From positions 94,463 to 158,462 of IMG/VR virus record IMGVR_UViG_3300043395_003072: 64,000 bases of DNA; one strand, 5' to 3'. This DNA comes from a virus. Both the position numbers and the translations under genes were made by a program. Of the stretch, positions 29,236 through 40,225 are shown one piece after another (the first letter of the stretch is position 1; every line of letters begins with the position of its first letter). The notes below the pieces were generated by a model, which did not search any database, was not told where the DNA came from, and saw nothing but the letters and a program-made list of their open reading frames with translations.

Positions 29236-31920
29236 TTAAAAATTCTTAGGATTAAAGCCACGGGGTAGGTATTTGGCTTGAGTTGAGAACCAATTGTCTG
29301 CGAACTCTTCACCATCTTTATTTAGGATATTTCTATAAGTATCTAGAACTTTTTTCTCATAAGCTCCCAGATTATCATCTAGGCTCTTAGTTGTAATAAC
29401 AGTTGTATCTTCAGTAACTACTTTTTCTTCTTGTGCATGATTAGAAGGATTCTCTACTTTTTTGTCAAGAATATTATTAGATACAGGATTATTGTTAATT
29501 TCAAGTTCATTTACAATATTATTATCTACAATATCAATTTTTTCTTCTGTTTTATTATCAGAAGCCTTAACAAGATGATTTAGCAGTTCTTTGAATTGAT
29601 TTGCAAGATTATCATACTTAGCTTGCAATTCTTCGAAACGAACATCAAGTGAATCCTTACTCTCAGAAGACTCACAGCTCATTCTAGAAGCCTTCTTATT
29701 TACGCAAGCCATGATCTTAGCTTTGGTTGCATCAGAAGCCTTAGCTCTGCCAATCAAACGCTTAGCTGCAGTTACATGTGCGCAATCAGGGATGGGGAAG
29801 CTTCTGTTGGGTCCGCAGAAGGAAGACTCAGGTAATGAGTTGCGCTTCTCTGCCGAGAGCATTGCATCCATCTCAATTGTTAAGGCTTGTAATGCAAGAT
29901 CAAGAATTTCCCAATCGATATCATCATCGACAACAACTTCAGAATCTTCCATATCAGGAGCTTCATCGAATTGAGCTTGCTGAGCCTCTGTAGGCTCATC
30001 AGCTACTTCAAGAAGATCCTCATTACCTTCTACTTGAATATCTAGCTCTTCGTTATCCATGTTCTTCTCCTTCTTCGCAGAACTCTTTTTAGGATGCCCT
30101 GCTGGTAATAGATCATTATCTACGGTGTATTTAGGGTTAGATGGTCTTCCACTAGCTACTAGCTTCAAGAACGCATTTACTCTAGCTACACCCCAACCAG
30201 AACGAGACATTCCAGGTCTATGTGTACTTGAGAATGCGCCGGCTCCTCTACGATATACAGCCTTGAGCATACCGAGAGAAACCTTCTTGCCTTTCTCACT
30301 GCCATGCTTTTCATTGTGAGCTTTAGCTTTCTCTTTCAGAGAGTTAAGCACAGAGCCAACTTCGATCTTTCCAGAAGCTTTAGAAGCAGAGCCTTCAGCA
30401 TTAACCTTAGAGCCTTTGATTCTCTCGGAGGGCTTAGCTGGAGTCTTAGCTCCTTTCCCTTCAGGGGAGGAGCGAGAAGCGTCTTGGCTTAATGACTCAG
30501 TTTGGGCTGAGTCATTTGCGGCGCTGATCTTGATTGCCCAGTCAACTCCGGTAGTTCCTCCCCAGCCGAGCCAAGCTACGTAGCCTCTATCCTTCCAAGG
30601 CTCACTCTTGTACTCAGGAGCGACTACAGCGTTCTTCCTGTGCCTGTTAAACGCTGCCATGCGTTTAACTGTCGACAAGCCAATCTCAGCTTTGCTAGCC
30701 AGTTGTCTGGCTCGGGCCCAGCCAACCGGCGTCATTCCCTTAACTTCGGAGCCGTACTTAGCTTTCCAGTCGAGTACCTGTTGAGCATTCCCTTTTGCCC
30801 CGGCGGGGACTTTAAAGGTTTTCTCATCTTCGATCAGCCCTGTCAAGGAAAAAATCTCTTCCGTCTCCAGAAAATCTTTTTCCATGCTTCCAGAGTAAGT
30901 TACTTTAATAACCATTCTCTCTTTGCCTGAGCTTTGTTGAACATATGTCTCTCCATTCTCATGGAGCTCCATCATGTTTTGATCACTCAGAGCCATAGAG
31001 TGGTCATACTTTACTTCATCTTCTTTTTCTTCGCTGGAGCTTTCTTCTTCTTTGGTGGCATCATGGGTGCGTTCTTGGTTTGCTTGTAAGCCATTTTGAT
31101 CTCCTGTATCAAATAGTGAATCGGTTAGAATGATTTCTTGTAGATTATCTCTCTTGGTATCTTGAGTATTATCAAGAGAGTCTGTGATTTCCATTGCTAG
31201 GACTTGTGATAGATCATCAGCAGGGGTATTAACAATACTACCCTCAAGAACAATGAAGTCTCCTGTAATGAATACACAGGTTTCTCCATCGTATTGTTCG
31301 CCATGTCTATGCTCACAAATTCCGTCTGTAGCCCAGTCGTTGTCACAAATAGAGCATACGTGGCGGTTAGTAGTGCTGCCTGCGCTAAAAGTAAGATAGC
31401 GACCATCAAGAAACTTTTTAATCGCGTCTTCATCTGTGATATTTGCCTGCACTCTCATGCGACCTAAGCCGGGCCACTTCTTATCATTTAAAAGGTTATT
31501 CTTCTTTAAAGACTGATAGATCCTCTTAGGATTGTCTTCAATAAAAGCGTTCCTAAAATCAACAAAAGAATCTTGGCTACTAAAGAACTGCTCTAACCCG
31601 TCAGTAGTCTCTTGCCAAACACCAGATACAAAACGACCTACAGGCTCGCTATGTTGATCATGGTTCTTTAAGATTGGCTTTGGATAGGGGTTAGTAAGAG
31701 AGTCAATACCTCTCTGTTGTCCTTGAGTAGAATAAACTCTGTTATTGATCTTTCTACCTGAATGAGAGAGATCATAAGTTACAAGCAAACCTTTTCCTTG
31801 AGTATAAGCTCTAGTAAGAAGAGAATCCGTTAAGACAATCTTCTGCTCTTTATCTAAAGTTAAAATTCGTTCATCTGGATTGATTTGAATGTAATCATTA
31901 TATTTAATAATTTTAGACAT
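29236..31920 (-). CDS. Prohead protease/scaffold with inserted accessory domains
   Basis: 894 aa. Contains PILKNHD, KFLDGRYLTFSAG..CSIC and EGSIVNTPAD (HK97-type maturation protease motifs) and an acidic/coiled-coil C-terminus. Confidence 0.8.
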   Translation of the reverse strand: MSKIIKYNDYIQINPDERILTLDKEQKIVLTDSLLTRAYTQGKGLLVTYDLSHSGRKINNRVYSTQGQQRGIDSLTNPYPKPILKNHDQHSEPVGRFVSGVWQETTDGLEQFFSSQDSFVDFRNAFIEDNPKRIYQSLKKNNLLNDKKWPGLGRMRVQANITDEDAIKKFLDGRYLTFSAGSTTNRHVCSICDNDWATDGICEHRHGEQYDGETCVFITGDFIVLEGSIVNTPADDLSQVLAMEITDSLDNTQDTKRDNLQEIILTDSLFDTGDQNGLQANQERTHDATKEEESSSEEKEDEVKYDHSMALSDQNMMELHENGETYVQQSSGKERMVIKVTYSGSMEKDFLETEEIFSLTGLIEDEKTFKVPAGAKGNAQQVLDWKAKYGSEVKGMTPVGWARARQLASKAEIGLSTVKRMAAFNRHRKNAVVAPEYKSEPWKDRGYVAWLGWGGTTGVDWAIKISAANDSAQTESLSQDASRSSPEGKGAKTPAKPSERIKGSKVNAEGSASKASGKIEVGSVLNSLKEKAKAHNEKHGSEKGKKVSLGMLKAVYRRGAGAFSSTHRPGMSRSGWGVARVNAFLKLVASGRPSNPKYTVDNDLLPAGHPKKSSAKKEKNMDNEELDIQVEGNEDLLEVADEPTEAQQAQFDEAPDMEDSEVVVDDDIDWEILDLALQALTIEMDAMLSAEKRNSLPESSFCGPNRSFPIPDCAHVTAAKRLIGRAKASDATKAKIMACVNKKASRMSCESSESKDSLDVRFEELQAKYDNLANQFKELLNHLVKASDNKTEEKIDIVDNNIVNELEINNNPVSNNILDKKVENPSNHAQEEKVVTEDTTVITTKSLDDNLGAYEKKVLDTYRNILNKDGEEFADNWFSTQAKYLPRGFNPKNF

Positions 31921-31953
31921 GAATTAACCTCTTTTGTATTTAAAATAAATTAT

Positions 31954-33612
31954 TTATTTATTTATTTCAAGATTATGCAAAAGATCAAGTATATTTTTTC
32001 CAGATTCAATTTCTTTAAATAAAGATTCAACATCTGAGTTATATTTTGGAGCTAATCTCTCTCCATTTTGATTAGCAGGTCTTGATCTATTATTAGATAA
32101 GTTCCTAGCCCCTTGAGGCTCTCCAGGTTTAGCTCCTCTAGTCTCTCTAGAAACATTCATTGCTTGAGCCTCTTCTTTAGCAACACCTTCCTTAGTAATA
32201 GCTGAGGTTGGTGATTCTGCTAAGGCTTGTGAGCTTGCTGTGAATGCGCCCATAGTTTTTAATAAAGCTAATGGCTCCTGATAAAGCTTAAAGTAAGTTA
32301 AGTCTCTATCTGCATCCTCTACTGGTTGTTCTCCTAAACGCTTACGAGCTTCTTTCTCACCAATGAGATTGTTAAGCCAAAGCTGAATAGTCTGGTTCTC
32401 ATCTTTAGCGCGCTCTTCTTTATCTACAGTACCAAATCTAATATAAACCATCTTCTCTGGATTGGTTAAAGCATCATCATAACCGCCTTCTAGCAAAAGC
32501 TCATTAACCACGTAAGTCTCAATAAAAGTCTTAACATTCTTCTGTAAAGCTTCTACATCTTGAGTTGCTATCTTAGATAAAGTATTTGCAGTGCTTCTAT
32601 TAGCCATATCACCTTCGCCCATATCTATAGGCGATACTCCAAGCCCTGCATAAACTCTCTTCTTAAAGTAATCTAAGTAATCTTTGATATCTAATGCTTT
32701 ACCCTGTGCACCTACTACTTCAATATTATGTCTATGGTCAGATACAAATACGCCTCCAGAAGGCATATACTCGATTGTCTGCTTAACTAAGTCAGACTCC
32801 TTAATACCATCAGGACTATAACGCTCAGGCATATTATCGTTACCAACCTTGTAATGAAACAAAGGATGCAAGTTACTATCAATCATATTCTCAATAGACT
32901 CTTCCATCCTTCTAAGCAAAGCTAAATCTTCTAGTACTGGAAGTATCTCTGGAGTCCCCATAGTGAACCCAGGTTTTCTATTAGTATAGAAGTGAATAAC
33001 ATCTTCAGGAGAGAACTCTTTCCACTCACCAGTATTAGGTTGCTCTTGCATTACTTTCTTGATCTCGCCATTCCTCTTAATCTTAAACCAAAGATTCTCA
33101 AATGGCAGAATATAGTAACCTGCAACTGGATCTAAAGCAGCCCCATCTAGCTGTCTAATTTTGCCTGTAGATGCATCTTTACTACGCACCTTTACCCAGG
33201 CACAGTTAGAGTATCTAATGAGATCGTGGGCCAAATCAGACATCAATAAATCAAAGGGCTGACCAGAGACCAACTCGATCTCTTTAATCCTGCGCTTAAT
33301 ATAATCAACAGTCTCTCTGTCATTACCTACGAACTCCCAACCTGCTAAAACAAAGCGCTGTACTTTCTTTTGAATAGCTTTGAACAAGAAAGCATCAGTA
33401 TCTTGAGCTATTTGAATTTCAGTTAAGTCGTACTCAGGCTTGAACCAATTACCTCTATGTCTATCTGCATAAGGCATAGACCTAGCATTGATTCGCTTGA
33501 CGCGCACCCCAGAGATTCTTTCTGCATTAATAGGCTTGTTTCTATCCTGGAGTATAATCTCTCTACTATCTGATAGAACCTTTAAAGCTTCACTAATTAA
33601 TAAATTGTTCAT
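31954..33612 (-). CDS. Portal protein
   Basis: 552 aa. Contains FSPEDVIHF...G.P...P, RVYAGLGVS...G..NRSTA and EARKRLG; lies upstream of the protease. Confidence 0.82.
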   Translation of the reverse strand: MNNLLISEALKVLSDSREIILQDRNKPINAERISGVRVKRINARSMPYADRHRGNWFKPEYDLTEIQIAQDTDAFLFKAIQKKVQRFVLAGWEFVGNDRETVDYIKRRIKEIELVSGQPFDLLMSDLAHDLIRYSNCAWVKVRSKDASTGKIRQLDGAALDPVAGYYILPFENLWFKIKRNGEIKKVMQEQPNTGEWKEFSPEDVIHFYTNRKPGFTMGTPEILPVLEDLALLRRMEESIENMIDSNLHPLFHYKVGNDNMPERYSPDGIKESDLVKQTIEYMPSGGVFVSDHRHNIEVVGAQGKALDIKDYLDYFKKRVYAGLGVSPIDMGEGDMANRSTANTLSKIATQDVEALQKNVKTFIETYVVNELLLEGGYDDALTNPEKMVYIRFGTVDKEERAKDENQTIQLWLNNLIGEKEARKRLGEQPVEDADRDLTYFKLYQEPLALLKTMGAFTASSQALAESPTSAITKEGVAKEEAQAMNVSRETRGAKPGEPQGARNLSNNRSRPANQNGERLAPKYNSDVESLFKEIESGKNILDLLHNLEINK

Positions 33613-36600
33613 CTAGTTCCCCCATTGATAGCTTCTGATGTTTCTTGCCTAACTTGATTACCATCCCTAGATACTTGATCATTTAATTGATTTAACTCTC
33701 CACCTAATCTTTGAGTTTGCAATATAGTTTCAAGTATTCTTGGATCTTCTCTTTGTATTTGAGTTTGATTTCTTCTAGGTTGATCAGTTGGTGGATTGGC
33801 TGCTCTCTGTATACTTGGTGTAGGACTTACAGATTTATAAGTAATTCTGAAGTTATTTGCAGTGTTATTTGTCATTTCTTCATCATAAAACAAATTAAAT
33901 CTATCATTATTACTAAATACTACTTTAAAAGCAGGTATTTCACTATAAATATAAAAAATATTTTTATGTCTTATGCCGTCGTCTATAACTTCTTCTTTTT
34001 TAAAGAAATCATCTTTTATATAACTACTAAAATTTATATCTGAAAATATATCAATTATATTTTTAAAATTAACATTAAGTTCAATAGATGCTAAAGTATC
34101 CAATCTTTTAATAATCCTAATGTAATTTGCATACTTTCTGTTGCTTACTAAGAAATACAAATGAGATGCATTGTCTAGTATGTCTAGTTTAAAAGACTGA
34201 TTCTTCTCTCTAAATACAACTTCAGTTAAATAACTAGCCAAACCTTCAGTTATTACTCGTAAGCTACCTACAGTAAAAGCTTTCTCTACAAGCAGTGATT
34301 GTAGAAAAGCCCCAATGTAAGAACTTCCTTCTGCAAAGAAAATACCTTTATAATTTTTATAAAAGTCATAAAGCTCTAAAACAAAATTATTTATAAATGT
34401 TGGATAGTCTACTTCGTCTGCAATATTTATTTGAGGTTTTAACTCATAAAATTCAATATGCTCTTTGTAATTTTTACCTCCAGTAAAAACCCCAGACTCA
34501 TAAAAAGTAGCAATATCTTCGTAATCTAATAATGTTAATATCCATCTAGCTAAATAGAAAAAACGATATTGATCAGCATCTAAACTAGTTAGGCTTTTAC
34601 TAGTAAGTAATGCATGATCTATTGATTCTGAATCTTCAAATAAAGCTTCTTTGTCTGGAAAGTTCCTATTTCTCACAAAGAAGTTCGTACCCATAGATTG
34701 CAAAACATGTATATGCTCATGAAACAGCGTAGAGAAAAGCTTATTGAATGTGAATTGATAGTTCTCATTATATGAATCTATTTGTTCGAATTGCATTACA
34801 AACTGACTCGGATTAATTCTGTCAGTAATTATTTTCTCAGTATATAGCTGAGTATCTTCAAATTCTCTATTTGTAATGTAGCCTATACAGTGGAAATCAG
34901 AATCTAACCAATTCTCATTCTTATTGTTAAATTGAACCTCTATTACTGATTCTTCGTCTTGTCCCCTTTTTACTCTTGCTGCTACATTGTCTTCTATTGG
35001 ATCACTATCAGTAGAATCTTCTCTTGTTTTTATTATTAAATTTCTAGGTAATTTAAAATCTACTTCGTATTTATTTGAAATTTGGTTTTCATAATCATCC
35101 AAAACATAATTGTAATAATACTTTAAAAAGAAATCTTTATTCTTAAATCTTTTTAAAATAAAACTGTCTAGAGAATAACCAAAGAAAGCTGATACGAAGA
35201 AATGCCTTAATCCTTCAAGTGGTAATGTTACTACTCCATCGCTTAAAGATATTTGTTTAAATGATATTGAATGCTTTTTTAAATAATCATCCATCACAGT
35301 TCTAGAGTTTGGAATTAACTCTCCAGCTTCTTCATCTTTTATATAAAAGACCCTAACTCTAGATTCCTCATTAGTAATCAAATTTTCTTCTTCAAGTTTT
35401 TTAAATATACCTTTTTCTAATTTTAAACTTGTTCTTGGTGTTTCTTGTTTAAGAACATTTTGTAGCTTTTTAGCTAATTTATATTTTATAAAAGGAATTG
35501 CTGAATTTAATAAACTTTGTGGAGAAAAATTACCAATAACAAAATTATTACCTTCTATTTTATAAAAGTTATTTATGTTTTTTAATAAATTGATTAAGTC
35601 TAAAGCTTTTAATTTATTAAAGAAGTTATCTATAACAAAGTTGCCTTGATCCTCTTTTAAGAAATTACTAAAGTTTAAATCATAAAAAGGTGAGTTGGGA
35701 TTGAACAAAACAAACTCACTATCTGGATCATTATTAAGCTTACTAGCTTTTGGCCAGTACTCTGAGTTTGGTTTATTTTCTTCTGACTCCTCTTTGTAGA
35801 AGTTTAATGGATAATTTAGCTGCCTCTCATTTACTTCTGAGATTGCATCTAAGTTTATAAAATCAATAGATACTTCTTCTTCTTTTTCTCTTAAGAAGAT
35901 TTCGTTTTCTATATTTTGAAATAAAGGGTAATCATTCCAAGTCAAAGAGTCATAGTTAAAATTATTAATAATAATATCTTCTGGTGACTCTTTCTTAATA
36001 GTCTTCCAGTGTATTGCTGAATATTCTTTCTCTATGTAAACCCTTACTTCTTCATTTGGTTTTACAGTTCCTAAAATATTTTTTATTTCACTACTATTAT
36101 TTATTCCAAATATCTTATCTCTAGTAAGTACTGAAATTAAGTTTTCAAACCAAGCTTTTGCTGAATCTGATTGGCTTTTTGGAACCTTTAAAACTATAAC
36201 AGTAACGTTAGTCTTAATAGGTTGTAGCGGTTTCCTATCTCCGCCGACTAAATTGTCTACTTTTATTTCAGTAATAGTTTCTACTTTAGGAATCTGTTCT
36301 GTCACGTAAAGAACTCTAGCTCTTTCTGCTAACTCTTTTGCTTTTTTATTTTTATATTCATCATCTAATCGGAAATAAGCTTCTTCTACAAAGCGCTCTA
36401 CATTTGCCATTTCATTGGCAGTCATAATACCATTAAGTCTCTCTTCTTGATCTGCTCTATAGATTCTATCTATCTCCCTACCTCTTTCTTTCCACTCGCT
36501 TACTTGCCCTACTAGACCTGTTGCAGCAGGGGTTAATTTCTCCATATATGTTTTTACATTCCCTGGACTATAAGGGTTTATTTGGGCTCCTATACTTTGA

Positions 36601-36641
36601 ATGTTTTCAAATGTATTACTAATTCGACGTATAGATGCCAT
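33609..36641 (-). CDS. Large protein with a zincin (gluzincin-like) metallopeptidase motif
   Basis: 1010 aa. TLFHEHIHVLQ (HExxH) with a downstream TEGLASY. Very AT-rich. Confidence 0.55.
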   Translation of the reverse strand: MASIRRISNTFENIQSIGAQINPYSPGNVKTYMEKLTPAATGLVGQVSEWKERGREIDRIYRADQEERLNGIMTANEMANVERFVEEAYFRLDDEYKNKKAKELAERARVLYVTEQIPKVETITEIKVDNLVGGDRKPLQPIKTNVTVIVLKVPKSQSDSAKAWFENLISVLTRDKIFGINNSSEIKNILGTVKPNEEVRVYIEKEYSAIHWKTIKKESPEDIIINNFNYDSLTWNDYPLFQNIENEIFLREKEEEVSIDFINLDAISEVNERQLNYPLNFYKEESEENKPNSEYWPKASKLNNDPDSEFVLFNPNSPFYDLNFSNFLKEDQGNFVIDNFFNKLKALDLINLLKNINNFYKIEGNNFVIGNFSPQSLLNSAIPFIKYKLAKKLQNVLKQETPRTSLKLEKGIFKKLEEENLITNEESRVRVFYIKDEEAGELIPNSRTVMDDYLKKHSISFKQISLSDGVVTLPLEGLRHFFVSAFFGYSLDSFILKRFKNKDFFLKYYYNYVLDDYENQISNKYEVDFKLPRNLIIKTREDSTDSDPIEDNVAARVKRGQDEESVIEVQFNNKNENWLDSDFHCIGYITNREFEDTQLYTEKIITDRINPSQFVMQFEQIDSYNENYQFTFNKLFSTLFHEHIHVLQSMGTNFFVRNRNFPDKEALFEDSESIDHALLTSKSLTSLDADQYRFFYLARWILTLLDYEDIATFYESGVFTGGKNYKEHIEFYELKPQINIADEVDYPTFINNFVLELYDFYKNYKGIFFAEGSSYIGAFLQSLLVEKAFTVGSLRVITEGLASYLTEVVFREKNQSFKLDILDNASHLYFLVSNRKYANYIRIIKRLDTLASIELNVNFKNIIDIFSDINFSSYIKDDFFKKEEVIDDGIRHKNIFYIYSEIPAFKVVFSNNDRFNLFYDEEMTNNTANNFRITYKSVSPTPSIQRAANPPTDQPRRNQTQIQREDPRILETILQTQRLGGELNQLNDQVSRDGNQVRQETSEAINGGTR

Positions 36642-39447
36642 TCAATATCCCCTCATAAATTGAATCTAGATTCGTATCATTAACTACCAGGTGATTAGCT
36701 ACATCCTGGCAATCGTTTAAATCTATCTTAATTAAGTTATTAGCATCTATAATAGCTACTTCATCCGGATTTAAAGTAAATACAGAGCCATTTGAATTAT
36801 CAAAAGATAGTGTGTCTTTTGATTGATTCAATTTAACTTCAGTACCAGGCTTTGTTTTCTCAATAATAGATTTAAATACTTCTTGGTTTTCTTTAATCTT
36901 TTTACAATTCGAAAGCCCATTAGTTATTAATTCCCAAACAGCTCTTAATAATCTAATTAGATGCAAGAGATTCTTTATTTCTCCAAGCAAAGAGATCTCA
37001 AGATTAGCGAACTCTCCCAAGAAAGCTTCGAAGCCTTTAAATGTAGCAATGATGTTATTTACCTGAGATTGTATATAGTTCTTTAATTCATCAAGCTTAG
37101 TAACTACTACTTTCTCTATGTTACTAAAAAACTGAGTTACTTGAGCGTCTGACTTTCTTAAAGCTGCGATAATATCACTACTCTTCTGACCTCCAAAGAT
37201 TTTATAATCTCCTTCTACGTAATTAGAAGAGATATCTAAGCCATATTTACCTAGTAAGAAATCAGCAAGATTCCAGCGATCACCTTCAGCAGTGCTTTGA
37301 AGATTTAAGTTAGCAGGATTTCTATTTAGTCCTAGGCGTTCTCTACGATAATACTCGTCTATTAGTGGGCCTCCATAAACACGCTCACCCATCATAAAGT
37401 CTCTATCTACAGTTCTAGGCGTTTGATTTGCTGCGTTCTGAGCAGTGCCAAGTATAGAAGCCGCCTGTCCTCTATCACCATAATCTCTTGGGTTTACACT
37501 TAGTCTTAAATCTGCCTTCTTAACTGTACTTCTATAAATCATTGGTCTAACTTTTATCTTCATCTGTTCGGAGATAACTTGTTTCTTTCTCTTCTCTGCC
37601 AGATCTAATAAAGATTGCTTTGCTGTTGAATCTGTAACTAAGCCAGCCTGCCTTACATATGCTAAATAAAGTGCGTCCTTTTCAGCTATAGCTATCGCTC
37701 CTTGCTTATAAGCATCATAGTCAGGAACTTTTCTGACTGTATCTTCAGCAACTAACTCTATTTTAGCTTTATTCTGAACTACTGGGTCGCTAAGAGTTTC
37801 TATTAATTCAGATTCTCTTCCAGCTAATTCATGTAATCTTTTCTCAGCATCATACACTCTCTTTGCTGCAGCTTCTCTAGCGCTATACATTACTTCTAAA
37901 TCATTCAGCTCTCTCTCTATCTCCGCTGGAGGAAGTCCTGCATTCAAGATAGTATTGAGAGTCTCTCCACTCTGTTCAGCTAACCAGCTTAGAAATAATA
38001 ATTTAAAATTCTCAAAGCTAATATACTTCAACTCATCATAGCTTAAACTATTAAGCACTGTTGCTACGTTAACAGCAGGCGTTGGGTTTGAAGCCATGTC
38101 TAAAAATTCACTACTACTCATGTAATTTAACAAGCCTACTTCGCTTCTCCCAATACGTCCGACTACTTGCTCTCCTGACTGTCCAGCATATATATTCCTG
38201 TCAATAAGGTCTTTTACCCAAATAATAAAATCAACTAAAAGTTTGACCCATTGATTATCTACTTCAACCTTTTGGTTCTCCGTATAATCTTTTAAGAAAT
38301 TATAATCGTTCGTAGCAGTTATTAATTCCTTAAGAGCTTCATAGATTTTTGCATCTAAAGATTTCAATTCAGACTCATAGGAATCTACTACTCCTAAGGT
38401 CTCAAATAATCTTCTACCAGCTAAGAATGCTTTATAACCTGCATCTGTAATCTTATTAATTAGCTTAGTGCCTTCTTCTAGTATCTTCAGTTGACTTCTA
38501 TAAAGAGAAGCCAACGCTTGAAGCGTTGTAGATACGGCGTTTCTTATACAATCAATAAAGGGGAATATTAATCTAGGAATATTCTCTACAAAAGAAACAA
38601 GACTACCTACTATTGTTTTAATAATAGGTCCAAGTACTATGCTAGGATCTAATCTAAACTTTAATAGATCTGCAGAGTATTTAATAAATAGTGTCGGTAA
38701 CAGTAGGTTCAAGCCTTTTAAGTTTGCTGGACAAAGCAAATTCTCTCCAAAAGAAATTGCAAAGTTACAAACGTATTTCATTAGCTCAAGAGGATTCATA
38801 TCTAAATCTATTTGCTTAAGAAGATCTTTGATTTTATTAATCATCTTCCCAAGATCAAATAAAAACTCTAATGCTGGAGATATGAACTCTAGCTTGATAT
38901 CAATAAAACAATTGAAACATTTCTCTAAGCCAAAGTTTTGATTTCCAAATACTTTTCCATCTTCACCAAACAACCAAGTATCTAAAGTCTTACTTACTTT
39001 TAAACCTGCATTTGCATTAACACCATTAGTAAATCTTTTCTTATAAAATACTTCTGCTGGCTTATCATTAAATAAATTAAAATCTGATTTAGATCTTTCT
39101 TCATTAACAAAAAAATCTACTTCTTCTTGACGCTTGCCATCTATGTCTGTGATTGAGCAATCAGCATAGCTATTGTTAATAAATATCTCTTTAAATGTTT
39201 TTTCTTTTTTATTGTCTACTTCGTTTTTTATTTCAGCTAAAGGTTGAACTAAGTTTTCTAGAGTATTGTTACTAGCAACTACTGCCGCGCTCAATCCTCT
39301 TTGTAATTCTATAAGTACAGGCAAATAACTAATAGATGAGTTAATATCAATTTCATCTAATGAAGAGTTACTTAAAGACTTAATCAAGCCTTCTTCATAA
39401 GCTCTAATTAGCTGATCAATATCAATTAACAATAGATCTTCGTTCAT
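36619..39447 (-). CDS. Hypothetical helical/coiled-coil protein
   Basis: 942-aa ORF coupled to its neighbours; no motif recognised. Confidence 0.6.
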   Translation of the reverse strand: MNEDLLLIDIDQLIRAYEEGLIKSLSNSSLDEIDINSSISYLPVLIELQRGLSAAVVASNNTLENLVQPLAEIKNEVDNKKEKTFKEIFINNSYADCSITDIDGKRQEEVDFFVNEERSKSDFNLFNDKPAEVFYKKRFTNGVNANAGLKVSKTLDTWLFGEDGKVFGNQNFGLEKCFNCFIDIKLEFISPALEFLFDLGKMINKIKDLLKQIDLDMNPLELMKYVCNFAISFGENLLCPANLKGLNLLLPTLFIKYSADLLKFRLDPSIVLGPIIKTIVGSLVSFVENIPRLIFPFIDCIRNAVSTTLQALASLYRSQLKILEEGTKLINKITDAGYKAFLAGRRLFETLGVVDSYESELKSLDAKIYEALKELITATNDYNFLKDYTENQKVEVDNQWVKLLVDFIIWVKDLIDRNIYAGQSGEQVVGRIGRSEVGLLNYMSSSEFLDMASNPTPAVNVATVLNSLSYDELKYISFENFKLLFLSWLAEQSGETLNTILNAGLPPAEIERELNDLEVMYSAREAAAKRVYDAEKRLHELAGRESELIETLSDPVVQNKAKIELVAEDTVRKVPDYDAYKQGAIAIAEKDALYLAYVRQAGLVTDSTAKQSLLDLAEKRKKQVISEQMKIKVRPMIYRSTVKKADLRLSVNPRDYGDRGQAASILGTAQNAANQTPRTVDRDFMMGERVYGGPLIDEYYRRERLGLNRNPANLNLQSTAEGDRWNLADFLLGKYGLDISSNYVEGDYKIFGGQKSSDIIAALRKSDAQVTQFFSNIEKVVVTKLDELKNYIQSQVNNIIATFKGFEAFLGEFANLEISLLGEIKNLLHLIRLLRAVWELITNGLSNCKKIKENQEVFKSIIEKTKPGTEVKLNQSKDTLSFDNSNGSVFTLNPDEVAIIDANNLIKIDLNDCQDVANHLVVNDTNLDSIYEGILNGIYTSN

Positions 39448-39737
39448 TGGCCCACATCTTTGTATTTATTGCGTTTATTTCTAGGCTTACTTAGATTCTC
39501 TTTATACTCTATTGCTTGATTGATAGCTTCTTCTGAGAAGGTATCAATGCTAGTCTCATCTATAGGTATCCCTAATGCTTTAAAGAGTAAGAAGGTTTGT
39601 ACTAGTGATTCTCTTAAATCATTCCTGTGCACAAAGTCTCTAGCAATCTTTTTATATAATCTTTCATATAATTCTTCTAGTTCATTATCATCTTTTTCAT
39701 AATCATTATCTTCTCTATTTAAAAGATTCTTTAACAT
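39444..39737 (-). CDS. Hypothetical protein
   Basis: 97 aa, with start/stop overlaps to its neighbours. Confidence 0.6.
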   Translation of the reverse strand: MLKNLLNREDNDYEKDDNELEELYERLYKKIARDFVHRNDLRESLVQTFLLFKALGIPIDETSIDTFSEEAINQAIEYKENLSKPRNKRNKYKDVGQ

Positions 39738-40225
39738 TATTTATAAAGCTCCGAGATAAGATCGTTTGCTTCTTTATACTGAATTTCTTTTCGCATTTCT
39801 AAAAGCATTATGTAGTCTTCATAAGTGATACTAGTTTTATTACCACCAAAAACTGCATTAGCATGTCTTTTTAGCGCAGTGTTTTTACTAATGTCGTGAG
39901 TATACTTATGTGGAGACTTTGTTGCTAAGTTATCAATTTCATCTTTTTTATTCTTCAGCTGATTAATTATATCAACAGCTTCTTTTTTCAAAGACTCTAA
40001 TTTCTTTTTAACTGCATTTACCTCCGCCTTGGTAAAAGCAATACTAGGGTTCTCTCTAGCTTTCTTTAATAATAAAGCTAATTCTAAATCAGTATATTCA
40101 ATATTTTCTTCAATAGAATCTTTTACACTTTGCATTTCTTCTTTAGAAGAAGAGATGCTTTTGAATAGATTTCTATTTTCTCTATTTAATTTATTTAAAT
40201 AAAGATCATCAAAGAATTTACTCAT
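39737..40225 (-). CDS. Hypothetical protein
   Basis: 162 aa, with start/stop overlaps to its neighbours. Confidence 0.6.
   Translation of the reverse strand: MSKFFDDLYLNKLNRENRNLFKSISSSKEEMQSVKDSIEENIEYTDLELALLLKKARENPSIAFTKAEVNAVKKKLESLKKEAVDIINQLKNKKDEIDNLATKSPHKYTHDISKNTALKRHANAVFGGNKTSITYEDYIMLLEMRKEIQYKEANDLISELYK

Noticed and set aside
19201-31953. AT-rich TTATA.AAA-like strings before late genes as a phage promoter consensus
   Set aside because: Too degenerate to distinguish from the AT-rich background by eye; motif discovery would be needed.
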